From Macrostomum hystrix (Eukaryota > Animalia > Platyhelminthes), in the NCBI GenBank assembly GCA_950097015.1, contig CATNEN010000009.1, positions 496,001-560,000 of the forward strand: DNA of 64,000 nt, in the 5' to 3' direction. This document shows, piece by piece, positions 27,601 to 38,917 of the stretch; within the stretch, counting starts at the first letter, position 1; every line of letters begins with the position of its first letter. A program made the position numbers and the translations under genes. Below the pieces are notes generated by a model. It did not search any database and was not told the DNA's origin. It saw only the letters and a list, made by a program, of their open reading frames with translations.

Positions 27601-30600
27601 TAAGCGTTCAGGGGGTACGGCCCGATGCTGGTGTTCACGAGCCGCAGGAACAGGTTGCAGCCAGGACCTGCAGCGGCATGGCGACTCGGCAGTGACAATC
27701 GTGAAGACATCGCGGTGGGAACCGAGACTGCCATGTCACTTATCATTACTCACCGATGACCAGTCCTACCTCACTCCCCGATGACCAGTCCAACCTCAGT
27801 CACCGATGACCAGTGCTACCTCACTCACTGATGACCAGCCCCACCTCACTCACTGATGACCAGTGCTACCTCACTCACTGATGACCAGCCCCACCTCACT
27901 CACTGATGACCAGCCCCACCTCACTCACTGATGACCAGCCCCACCTCACTCACTGATGACCAGCCCCACCTCACTCACTGATGACCAGCCCCACCTCACT
28001 CACTGATGACCAGCCCCACCTCACTCACTGATGACCAGTCCTACCTCACTCACTGATGACCAGCCCCACCTCACTCACTGATGACCAGCCCCACCTCACT
28101 CACTGATGACCAGTCCTACCTCACTCACTGATGACCAGTCCTACCTCACTCACTGATGACCAGCCCCACCTCACTCACTGATGACCAGTCCTACCTCACT
28201 CACTGATGACCAGCCCCACCTCACTCACTGATGACCAGCCCCACCTCACTCACTGATGACCAGCCCCACCTCACTCACTGATGACCAGTCCTACCTCACT
28301 CACTGATGACCAGCCCCACCTCACTCACTGATGACCAGCCCCACCTCACTCACTGATGACCAGTCCTACCTCACTCACTGATGACCAGTCCTACCTCACT
28401 CACTGATGACCAGCCCCACCTCATTCACCGATGACCAGTCCTACCTCACTCCCCGATGACCAGTCCAACCTCAGTCACCGATGACCAGTCCTACCTCACT
28501 CACTGATGACCAGCCCCACCTCACTCACTGATGACCAGCCCCACCTCACTCACTGATGACCAGCCCCACCTCACTCACTGATGACCAGTCCTACCTCACT
28601 CACTGATGACCAGCCCCACCTCACTTACTGATGACCAGCCCCACCTCACTCACTGATGACCAGTCCTACCTCACTCACTGATGACCAGCCCCACCTCACT
28701 TACTGATGACCAGCCCCACCTCACTCACTGATGACCAGTCCCACCTCACTCACTGATGACCAGTCCCACCTCACTCACTGATGACCAGTCCTACCTCACT
28801 CACTGATGACCAGCCCCAACTCACTCACTGATGACCAGCCCCACCTCACTCACTGATGACCAGTCCTACCTCACTCACTGATGACCAGTCCTACCTCACT
28901 CACTGATGACCAGCCCCACCTCACTCACTGATGACCAGTCCTACCTCACTCACTGATGACCAGCCCCACCTCACTCACTGATGACCAGTCCCACCTCACT
29001 CACTGATGACCAGTCCCACCTCACTCACTGATGACCAGTCCTACCTCACTCACTGATGACCAGCCCCAACTCACTCACTGATGACCAGCCCCACCTCACT
29101 CACTGATGACCAGTCCTACCTCACTCACTGATGACCAGTCCTACCTCACTCACTGATGACCAGCCCCACCTCACTCACTGATGACCAGTCCTACCTCACT
29201 CACTGATGACCAGCCCCAACTCACTCACTGATGACCAGCCCCACCTCACTCACTGATGACCAGTCCTACCTCACTCACTGATGACCAGTCCTACCTCACT
29301 CACTGATGACTAGCCCCACCTCACTCACTGATGACCAGTCCTACCTCACTCACTGATGACCAGCCCCACCTTACTCAGCGATGACCAGCCCCACCTTACT
29401 CAGCGATGATCAGCCCCACCTCACTCACCGATGACGAGGCCGACCTGCCGGCAGGCCATGAGCACGGCGATGACGCCAGTTCGCTCACGCACGCTTGTGG
29501 TGCGGGCGATGTCGGACACGATGGCAGCGCCTGCCCCGGCACCCACGCCTTTGAATCGGGTTCGGGAATTTCGGATTGCGGAGATTCTGGCTGAACAATG
29601 GATTGGGTCTTGTTGCTCAAAAGACGCCCAGCTTCACTCATCATGGCTCACCAGTGACGAAGCGGCTGCACAAGAGGAACGGCAGCGAGATGCCCATAAA
29701 GTACATGATGTTTCCGGCGATCTCCCACAGATTGGAGAAGATGACCAGGTATTTTGTGCACCTGTACTTGTCCGATATCCTGATTGTGTCAGAAGGACGA
29801 AGGGAAATGGTCAAAAGAAAGCAATATCTAAAGCTTTTTTGTGTGAGATTGCTGAAAAGTCGGCAAAAAAACGAGTGAGAAGCTGCAGCTAAAGGACAAC
29901 TGGCAAGCAGCAACTGAAGGACAACTGGTAAGCAGCAGCTGAAGGACAACTGGTAAGCAGCAGCTGAAGGACAACTGGCAAGCAGCAGCTGAAGGACAAC
30001 TGGCAAGCAGCAACTGAAGGACAACTGGTAAGCAGCAGCTGAAGGACAACTGGTAAGCAGCAGCTGAAGGACAACTGGTAAGCAGCAGCTGAAGGACAAC
30101 TGGTAAGCAGCAGCTGATGGACAACTGGAAAGCAGCAGCTGAAGGACAACTGGCAAGCAGCAACTGAAGGACAACTGGTAAGCTGCAGCTGAAGGACAAC
30201 TGGTAAGCTGCAGCTGAAGGACAACTGGCAAGCAGCAACTGAAGGACAACTGGTAAGCAGTAACTGAAGGACAACTGGTAAGCAGCAACTGAAGGACAAC
30301 TGGCAAGCAGCAACTGAAAGAAAACTGGTAAGCAGCAACTGAACGACAACTGGTAAGCTGCAGCTGAAGGACAACTGGCAAGCAGCAACTGAAGGACAAC
30401 TGGTAAGCTGCAGCTGAAGGACAACTGGCAAGCAGCAACTGAAGGACAACTGTTAAGCAGCAGCTGAAGGAAAAGATTGAAGCAGCAACTGAAGGGACAG
30501 TGCGAAGCAGCAACTGAAGGACAGTGGGAAGCACCAACCGAAGGACAGTGGGAAGCAGCAACTGAAGCAAGCGGCCTCACCTGCCATAGATAGGCGAGCA

Positions 30601-31330
30601 GAACAGGTCGGAGATGCTGAAAGCTGACAGCATGAGGCCCAAGAATGCAGAGGTCGCGCCGAAGTTCTCATGAATGTACAGCCACATAGTGGGAAGAATC
30701 ACAGCTGCACAGGTGTCAAGGTGTGTTAGGTAAGGTAGATAGCTTATAACAAGTCAGCAGTGGAGATATTAAAATTAAAAGGTTCACCTATTCAATTATT
30801 TTTTCAACGAAGCAACTATTGCAGCCCTTTAAAAATAAAACAGATATGCTGGCTTTTATCCTTAAAAATGGATGAACCAAATTATAATGCTAATTTGGTT
30901 AAAAAAGTTTACTAAAATCCATAAAGTAAAAGAAAAATAGAACAAATGACTTATACCAATTGCGCAATACTGATTATTGGGCTAGATAATATTTGTTACC
31001 TTTTGTTCTAATAGCATTAGCAATAGGTCTCAGGTCAAGGTAAATAAAATTGATAGAACAAGAGAATGATTACAGAGGAACACAGAACCTAAGTACTTGC
31101 AAACTTACTAAATTGCCCTGACATGTATGGTAGACTTAATATTATCAAGCCTGCCTCCTGTGACTTACTATTGATAGTGGCTTGCAAGCCAGAGAGAATA
31201 ACTTTGGTGACTAAATTACCTATGAAGCCAAGGCTAGGCAATAACACTGCAAAATTAAGTGGTTAAGTGATGTCAAGCAGAAAAATGTATACGTACACAT
31301 ACAATGATTATTACAACATAATGTATTTCT

Positions 31331-31365
<35 letters not shown>

Positions 31366-31517
31366 CAATTACACAAACAAATAAGCATACTTTCAACCTA
31401 TAAATTATTACTGGGCCTTATCTCGGAATGCCCAAATTTGGACTTACCATATTCCACTCCAGACAAGAAAAAGTACAGAGCAATCATAATGTAAGTAAGT
31501 TTTCTTTTCATTTCCAT
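21676..31517 (-). CDS. MFSD8-like major facilitator superfamily transporter, 10 exons, 461 aa predicted
   Basis: Exons 31517-31448, 30704-30581, 29779-29652, 29548-29429, 27667-27380, 26827-26754, 26662-26446, 25979-25860, 25782-25652 and 21789-21676 sum to 1386 nt in one frame. Motifs: SGVEYAVILPTMW, SPIYGRISDK, SRFVTGVGAG, ERTGVIAVLMACRQVGLVIGPG, FFNQTALE, SLYSKIT, LGPLWAG. Intron 9 needs a GC donor. Confidence 0.9.
21815..25680. repeat. 45-bp minisatellite, about 86 copies, filling transporter intron 9
   Basis: Unit on the minus strand is GCTGCTGGCTCTCATTCTGCTCATGATG-GCGAGTGTTGCATGACT. There are 48-bp variants and point variants. Confidence 0.98.
26890..27335. repeat. 32-bp minisatellite in transporter intron 5
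   Basis: CACACACTGCCGCCCCACCCGATGAGACCCAG, about 14 copies. Confidence 0.93.
27752..29428. repeat. 25-bp minisatellite, about 67 copies, filling transporter intron 4
   Basis: CACTGATGACCAGCCCCACCTCACT; on the minus strand each unit contains GTGAGT. Confidence 0.97.
29880..30565. repeat. 25-bp minisatellite in transporter intron 2
   Basis: GAAGGACAACTGGTAAGCAGCAGCT, about 27 copies, degenerating toward the donor end. Confidence 0.94.
31334..31362. repeat. (TA)n microsatellite
   Basis: About 14 TA units in transporter intron 1. Confidence 0.9.
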
Positions 31518-33511
31518 GACTAGTCTTTTTTTTATTAAAACAAATTCACAAACAGAACAAAGCCTTTTTTACAGCCAGGCTAAAACGTAAGTTTGAAATG
31601 TTAAGTGTAAGTGACTTGAAAGTTATTTTTAGTGCTAACTTGATAAGGTCTAAAAAGAAGTTTTAGTATATTTAAACGATGTATTAACTATTATAACCTA
31701 TTAATGGTATTTGTTTATGGTATACCAAATCTACATTTACAATTTAAGTTAATCGAATACATTCATTGCCTATATTAAAGTGCATTGTCGATTTGATTCA
31801 TCTCATTCTCGTGTCAAAGAACAGGTCAAAAATCATTTACGAAAAGCAAAACTGAAAGTACACATGACGCTGGACAGAGCTGGTACTAAACAAAAAACTG
31901 AAAAGCGAACTTTGCTAGGTATCTCGACAATTTGATTCAGATTCAAGCATGTCAGAAAATTTAAAGCCTTATTTACGAGAATCCTAAATACGCTCGTACG
32001 TTGTTATACTTAGATGCAATAAAAAAGTGTGGGTCGGGGGTCGATCATGGGTTCAGCGAGAATACGCGCGGAAAAAGGTAGCGCCGCGTTTAGTTTATAG
32101 TTTCCTCAAAAGTACAAAATAGAACATTAGAGTTCTATTTTGCTACACAAAAGTTTACTCAACGAGTTAATAATATTTTCTGGATTAATTATATACATTT
32201 AGTATGATTCGGTAATTCTGCATGTATGAGTGCATGTATAGTAAGGAACATACTATTCTGGTAAATTTACGCCAGTTATAGATTAATGAAAAAAACAAGG
32301 ACATCTGGAATACTAGCATAGTATAGTATTCTAGATGTCCTTGTACAAAATTGATATTACATATATAAATGTACATCCGTGGCACGTTCAGCAACCACTT
32401 TTAGGCGCAGTTAAATTGTTTATAATGCCTACATTTCACTATAAATGCAGCAGCCGATGGAAGCCGATGAGCACAAGGATCTACGGTAGTATCTATCCCA
32501 CTGGCTCAGAATCGACTGGCAATATCAACTGGCAAAGTACGAGCTCGTAGATAGCACTTTTCAGGAGCGTAGCCATATAACAGCGAATCGCCGTGAACTT
32601 GAATACTGTTATTTACAAGGTGTATTATGACGAAACTGTTAACCGAAATGCAAACATGAGTGGCTTATAACTTCAGGTGTGCAGCTTTTGTTTTTATTGA
32701 CCGACAAAATTAGCAGAGCAGCCTTCAAGTAATTATGTTTATGTTCCTTACTTTACTAAATAAGGACTCAACATACAGAAACAATGATTGTCAGACGAGC
32801 TTAATTTACAGCTCTCTTTCAGCCGTTGTTTAATTAGTTTACTGCAAGTTTTTTAAAGCAGATTACAGACCTGCTCGTGTAGATGCACGTGGCATGTGCA
32901 GTGATATCTGTGGGATTAGCCGAGTTTCATAATACAGGAATAAAACCCTCCTCAGACTTTGTAGCGATTTGATTCGTGTGTAAGTTCCCATGGACGTCAC
33001 GTCAACGAGTTTATGCAGCAAATAGCTTGTATTTTCAAGCCACTAAACTTTCAAGCAACCCGTGAACTCTGCAAATCTGATGAAACCTATATCCGCTCGC
33101 AGTGAAACAAAAATGCACGAGATCAGTTTCTAAACCACAGCGCCAGTATGCAGTATATTCGCACGATAAGCGAAAGTATATAGAGATAAAACTCTAGGAT
33201 TCCTCAATGTTCATAGTCCATAATTAAGGCTCGAAAAGTGTGAAGTTATGCTACCTTGTATCCCATCCCCTAATCTGAAGCCAACTTTAAATAAGCAACA
33301 GAGACAAGGGCAAGTTGTATAAGTTTTCTTTGTTCCAGGGATTTTTTGTTTATCTTTCTCGCACTCTTTCGCTATAATCAGTTGAGCCGGATCACATGAG
33401 GCAAAAATCTGAGTCAAAATTTGCAGCGACAGGGGAAGGGGAATAAGCAAAGCAATGGCAGTACAGGACAAAGCCGGCCCTGTAGCCGCGATGTTAAAAC
33501 TGTGGAATCCC

Positions 33512-33991
33512 TCAGCGCTTGCCACCGACCCGGGGCGCGCTGGGCTTCACCACCTTGGCCGCCTTCTGCTTCTGGCCGGCCGCGCTGCGGGTCTGCTTGG
33601 CCTCGGCCTGCTTCTGCGCCTTCTTCTCGGCCTCCTTGGCCTTGGTCTTCTCCTTGGCGTTGCGGACCGCCTGCTCGCGTTGGGCCTTGCGGAACTCCGG
33701 CTTCTGGTTGCGCTTGGCCATGAGGTCGGCCATAGACAGGCCGGCCACCGCCCGGATGGTCTTGTGCGACTTGCGCGACTTCTTCTTAACGGCCTCCTCA
33801 ACCTGGCCTTTCTTGTGCTTGCGCCTGTACAGCACAGTCCAGCTGACCTCGCGAGGGTTCTTCTTCTGGTAGTGCGAGCGCTCGCACTTGGAGTTCACAA
33901 AGTGGAAGGTCTTGCCATCGGTGCGGATCAGCCAGCGGCCGCGGCCTGGGTACACCTTGAAGCCGGAGAAGCTGCACAGCTCTAACTTCAT
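33512..33991 (-). CDS. RPL24: 60S ribosomal protein L24 (eL24), 159 aa, intronless CDS
   Basis: [18 protein letters not shown]...[18 protein letters not shown]...[29 protein letters not shown]...PRVGGKR*. A pyrimidine-rich TTTGCAG acceptor lies 11 nt upstream of the ATG. Confidence 0.97.
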   Translation of the reverse strand: MKLELCSFSGFKVYPGRGRWLIRTDGKTFHFVNSKCERSHYQKKNPREVSWTVLYRRKHKKGQVEEAVKKKSRKSHKTIRAVAGLSMADLMAKRNQKPEFRKAQREQAVRNAKEKTKAKEAEKKAQKQAEAKQTRSAAGQKQKAAKVVKPSAPRVGGKR

Positions 33992-34094
33992 GGCGCAGCT
34001 GGCTGCAAAGGGAAATTGGCGTCTCGAATCATCTCTAATTGAGGAACACAGCACCGGTCTGAGTGGCATTAGCAAAACGCTTGCCAAAGCTTGG

Positions 34095-34837
34095 TTGGTC
34101 AGAATCGACTGGCATGTGATTGATCTAGGATTTCTAAACCGAATCATTTCGCCTGATGCCGATGCGGGATTCATCATGAGAGCTGATGAGCACAAGGATC
34201 TACGGTAGTATCTATCCCACTGGCTCAGAATCGACTGGCAATATCAACAGCGGTCAGCACTGAGGCTGATCCGCCTTCATTCCGCCCGACGCCGATAAAG
34301 ATACTCATCAAGGCCAGTGTGAGACTAAAAATGAAACTAAATCTAAGAATCCTACAGTTAGTAGCACACAGGCTCAGAATCGACTGGCAATATCAACAGC
34401 GGTCAGCACTGAGGCCGATCCGCCTTCATTCCGCCCGACGCCGATAAAGATACTCATCAAGGCCAGTGTGAGACTGTAAAAATGAAACTAAATCTAAGAA
34501 TCCTACAGTTAGTAGCACACAGGCTCAGAATCGACTGGCAATATCAACAGCGGTCAGCACTGAGGCCGATCCGCCTTCATTCCGCCCGACGCCGATAAAG
34601 ATACTCATCAAGGCCTTCTTGCAAAAAAATAAATAGTAGCCCTCACACTATTCAATCAATAGAGCTTTATTCTAACATTTCCCTACAAACTCAGCACACG
34701 GGTCGGTCACTGAGGCAGTATCGAATGTCACACCGGCTCAGAATCGACTGGCAATATCAGAAAGCCAGGCAGCAATCTGCAGCCGGCCTCATTCCGCCCG
34801 ACGCCGATAAGAGGAGCTCATCATTGCCGGTGTGACA
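34095..34837 (-). ncRNA. Cluster of five box C/D snoRNA-like units
   Basis: Units at 34837-34726, 34616-34517, 34469-34366, 34320-34218 and 34181-34095. Each has a C box (A/T)TGATGA, an internal AATGA D'-like box and TGCCAGTCGATT followed by D box CTGA. Four have terminal stems (12 bp TGTCACACCGGC/GCCGGTGTGACA in the first). Confidence 0.72.
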
Positions 34838-35232
34838 CACTGACTGGCCTGAGCACTGAGACACTGATTTCTAATACTATCCTCTGCTAAATAAGCCAAG
34901 CAAAGCCAATTCATACTCATGACCAAGACGCAAATAAAGTCCACATTAAAAATAACAGTATAATAAATCGAACACTATACACAGAGTGATAAGAGAAACT
35001 CAAAATATAAAAAGCGCATCAAAAGAAGGCCTGAATAAAGCAAAGTGAATTAGCGGCACAGAATTGGTTTTGCACTGCAGACTGAATTAGAATTTAATCT
35101 GCAAACGGAGACCTAAAAACAACAATGACTGGAAAGAATAAAGCCAAATGAAGAAAATCACCGCCCAGTTCCGCCGATTTCTAAAACAGAGGGAGACCTC
35201 CAGGCCAATCAGTGCGCCTCTGGCAGGCGAGA

Positions 35233-35311
35233 GCCAACCAGCTGACATTTTCAGCTGAACCCCGGGCGTCCGGCAGAGCGGCTTTGCACCGGGCCGCTTC
35301 ATTCTGGCGAC
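35233..35311 (-). promoter_or_regulatory. Candidate SECIS element for selenoprotein S
   Basis: ATGAA (35302), a GC-rich arm, unpaired AAA 13 nt later, a returning arm CCCGGGGTTCAGC, then TGAA. A flanking helix GTCGCCAG/CTGGTTGGC is possible. Helix II is imperfect and was folded by eye only. Confidence 0.6.
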
Positions 35312-35779
35312 ACTGAGGCCTGGGGGGGGGAAGCGAAAAAGTATCATAGACTGCTAATACTACTATAAGTAATGATAGCCTGCCCCAACTCCCGCCAAAA
35401 AGCTTTCGCATCAAATGCGAATTCTCACAGTGAGATAAACAGTCAAAGCCACAGCAGACAAATTAGTAAATACAGCTAAACAGTTGATAGTACACTATCG
35501 TGTAACATATAACTGCTCATACGTACAATGAATGCTCAGTAAAGAACACGAACAATCGGTTGGCACTGCGCCAGCCCAACTGGACAGGTCGCGACGAGCT
35601 CCCCGATCCCCGCAGCCGCTGTCAGAGAATCAACAATGGAATTTGCTGAAGTTCCTGAAACTCGCGGGTGACAGAGGGGTGCGCGACCGCCGGAATGCCC
35701 TCCTGCGTGCAGACTCCCCACAAAGCTAGGAATGCAGAGGGAGCACACAAGAGGGATATTCCGCAGCTGAGAGGCGCGG

Positions 35780-36325
35780 CTAGCCTCATCCACCGCCGGA
35801 GCCGCTGGAGCAGGCGGGCGGCCGATAGCGGGCGGCAGCCCCGGGATCGGGTGCCAGCGGGTTGTAGTCGTCACGCAGACGCCGCTTTCCACCACCGCTA
35901 GGCTTCTGTTTAGCGACCGCTGCTGCCGAATCTTCAGTGGAGTTGCCATTGTACTTTAGCAATGATCGTCTGGTTTGGCCCGGCTGCCCAGGGACGTAGC
36001 CTGACGGGCTGCCGGCCGCTGCGGCAGCGGAGGTGGCCTCGGCTTGTTTGAGGGCCTGCTCCTCGGCGTCCTGCTGCAGTCGGCGCAGCTGCCGTTCACG
36101 CGCCTCGGCAATGCGGGCCTGCCTGGCGGCGAACTCTTCGCTCTCCCTCGCTGAGTCGACGGACCGCTTTGCTGCAGCGGCGCGGGCGCGTTGAGCGGCG
36201 GCGGCGGCGGCAGGACGGACGTAGCGAGTGTAGACGAAGACGGCCACGAAGCCACCAATCAGCAGCGGCCAGCCGTAGGCGGCGAGGAAGTCGCCAACAA
36301 CGCCCAAAATGGCTATGCTGTTCAT
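35780..36325 (-). CDS. SELENOS: Selenoprotein S (VIMP), 181 aa, UGA at codon 180 read as Sec
   Basis: N-terminal TM segment with YGW, coiled coil (RQARIAEARERQLRRLQQ), LRDDYNPL, and ending GGT GGA TGA GGC TAG = GG-U-G*. This is the conserved SelS C-terminus. Confidence 0.9.
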
Positions 36326-36474
36326 GCCAGCGAATTCTCTTAAAAAACCCGGCACTGAAATTGTTTTAGAGGCAAAGCTAACTGTCAACTGGGCTCTCAT
36401 TAACATGCTTAAACTGCTAGGCCTGCAAACACGAGCAGTCTGGGTTAACGGGACTAAAAACGGGACCAGATCTT

Positions 36475-38066
36475 TCCGGTGCGTGGCGGCCCAAAAGATC
36501 TGGTGGGATCCTAAGATCCTAGAATCCCAGATAGAGGGTGTGGCGGCCCCGAAAGATCTGGTGGGATCCTAAGATCCTAGAATCCCAGATAGAGGGCGTG
36601 GCGGCCCGAAAGATCTGGTGGGATCCTAAGATCCTAGAATCCCAGATAGAGGGTGAGACGGCCCTGAAAGATCTGGTGGGATCCTAAGATCCTGGAATCC
36701 CAGATAGAGGGTGAGACGGCCCTGAAAGATCTGGTGGGATCCTAAGATCCTGGAATCCCAGATAGAGGGTAAGACGGCCCTGAAAGATCTGGTGGGATCC
36801 TAAGATCCTAGAATACCAGATAGAGGGTGTGGCGGCCCCGAAAGATCTGGTGGGATCCTAAGATCCTAGAATCCCAGATAGAGGGCGTGGCGGCCCGAAA
36901 GATCTGGTGGGATCCTAAGATCCTGGAATCCCAGATAGAGGGTGTGGCGCCCCCCGAAAGATCTGGTGGGATCCTAAGATCCTGGAATCCCAGATAGAGG
37001 GTGAGACGGCCCTGAAAGATCTGGTGGGATCCTAAGATCCTGGAATCCCAGATAGAGGGTGAGACGGCCCTGAAAAATCTGGTGGGATCCTAAGATCCTG
37101 GAATCCCAGATAGAGGGTGTGGCGCCCCCCGAAAGATCTGGTGGGATCCTAAGATCCTGGAATCCCAGATAGAGGGTGAGACGGCCCTGAAAGATCTGGT
37201 GGGATCCTAAGATCCTGGAATCCCAGATAGAGGGTGAGACGGCCCCGAAAGATCTGGTGGGATCCTAAGATCCTAGAATCCCAGATAGAGGGTGAGACGG
37301 CCCTGAAAGATCTGGTGGGATCCTAAGATCCTGGAATCCCAGATAGAGGGTGAGACGGCCCTGAAAGATCTGGTGGGATCCTAAGATCCTGGAATCCCAG
37401 ATAGAGGGTGAGACGGCCCTGAAAGATCTGGTGGGATCCTAAGATCCTAGAATCCCAGATAGAGGGTGTGGCGGCCCCGAAAGATCTGGTGGGATCCTAA
37501 GATCCTAGAATCCCAGATAGAGGGCGTGGCGGCCCGAAAGATCTGGTGGGATCCTAAGATCCTGGAATCCCAGATAGAGGGTGAGACGGCCCTGAAAGAT
37601 CTGGTGGGATCCTAAGATCCTAGAATCCCAGATAGAGGGTGTGGCGACCCCGAAAGATCTGGTGGGATCCTAAGATCCTAGAATCCCAGATAGAGGGCGT
37701 GGCGGCCCGAAAGATCTGGTGGGATCCTAAGATCCTGGAATCCCAGATAGAGGGTGAGACGGCCCTGAAAGATCTGGTGGGATCCTAAGATCCTGGAATC
37801 CCAGATAGAGGGTGAGACGGCCCTGAAAGATCTGGTGGGATCCTAAGATCCTGGAATCCCAGATAGAGGGTGAGACGGCCCTGAAAGATCTGGTGGGATC
37901 CTAAGATCCTGGAATCCCAGATAGAGGGTGTGGCGCCCCCGAAAGATCTGGTGGGATCCTAAGATCCTGGAATCCCAGATAGAGGGTGAGACGGCCCTGA
38001 AAGATCTGGTGGGATCCTAAGATCCTGGAATCCCAGATAGAGGGTGAGACGGCCCTGAAAGATCTG
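36475..38066. repeat. 58-bp minisatellite, about 27 copies, upstream of SELENOS
   Basis: GAAAGATCTGGTGGGATCCTAAGATCCTGGAATCCCAGATAGAGGGTGAGACGGCCCT, with two alternating subtypes. Confidence 0.96.
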
Positions 38067-38917
38067 CAAAATGTAGTTCTATAGGCATTAAGTAAATAAA
38101 GCATTGAAACTCCCATTACTGTACATAAAACGAATATATTTAATTAACGACCACCCAGGTACTTTATAATAACATAAACAGAGTTTCTACACAGTAAAAC
38201 GGCAAAGAGAAGACGTTGCTGACAGGTGAAAATATGTGTATAGTTGCATGCAGCTGGAGTGATTGCGGCTCCATTGGCAATTACAGAAGCTACTTAGGCA
38301 TATAAAATATGAGTTTCAGTGCTGACAGGGATTACAGTTCACTAGCATGCCTGTACAGATAATGTAGCTAGATAATATTGCCGAATAAGAGCTGCGGCTG
38401 CTGAGTCAGAGACTGAACTGGCCAGCAAACAGATAAATATAGAAATATATTTGAGTACATGTACGGGGGATACCATAGGATATAGACAAATGTACATATA
38501 TATACACATATGTAAAGGATGACAAATCTCCCACAAGCTTCTAATTGTAAATAATGCGCAGAATTCTAAGACAGCAACAGGTAGCACAGGGAGCACAGGT
38601 AATTTTACTGTACTGGTTAAATTATAGTTGAATGGAAACGCAGACGGGAATAAAAAAATGCTAAATTAAGCTTATGAAACAAAGAACAGACAGGTATCAA
38701 CCAACCGAGAACACAGCAAGGCCTAACTGCCCCAGCCCCAGATAGCAAGTAAAGGACCAGGGCGCATGCCTCTGCGCGGTGAACACTGGCTCAAATCAGC
38801 CTGATTGGCCAAGGCAACGCAACAGGCAGGAAGAGAATAATCCAAAGAAGCACACGCATGATTTAGATGGCCCAGTAACAAAAACTAACAATCAATTAGA
38901 ACAAGAGTCACCGCAGC

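Noticed and set aside
33992-34195. 68-aa N-terminal extension of RPL24 in the ORF track
   Set aside because: The conserved protein starts at MKLELC, an acceptor lies 11 nt upstream, and the extension overlaps a snoRNA-like unit.
34196-34216. GGATCTACGGTAGTATCTATC resembles the U2 snRNA branch-pairing region
   Set aside because: Only about 9 contiguous nt match from memory, and there is no U2 5' stem or Sm site. Chance similarity is likely.
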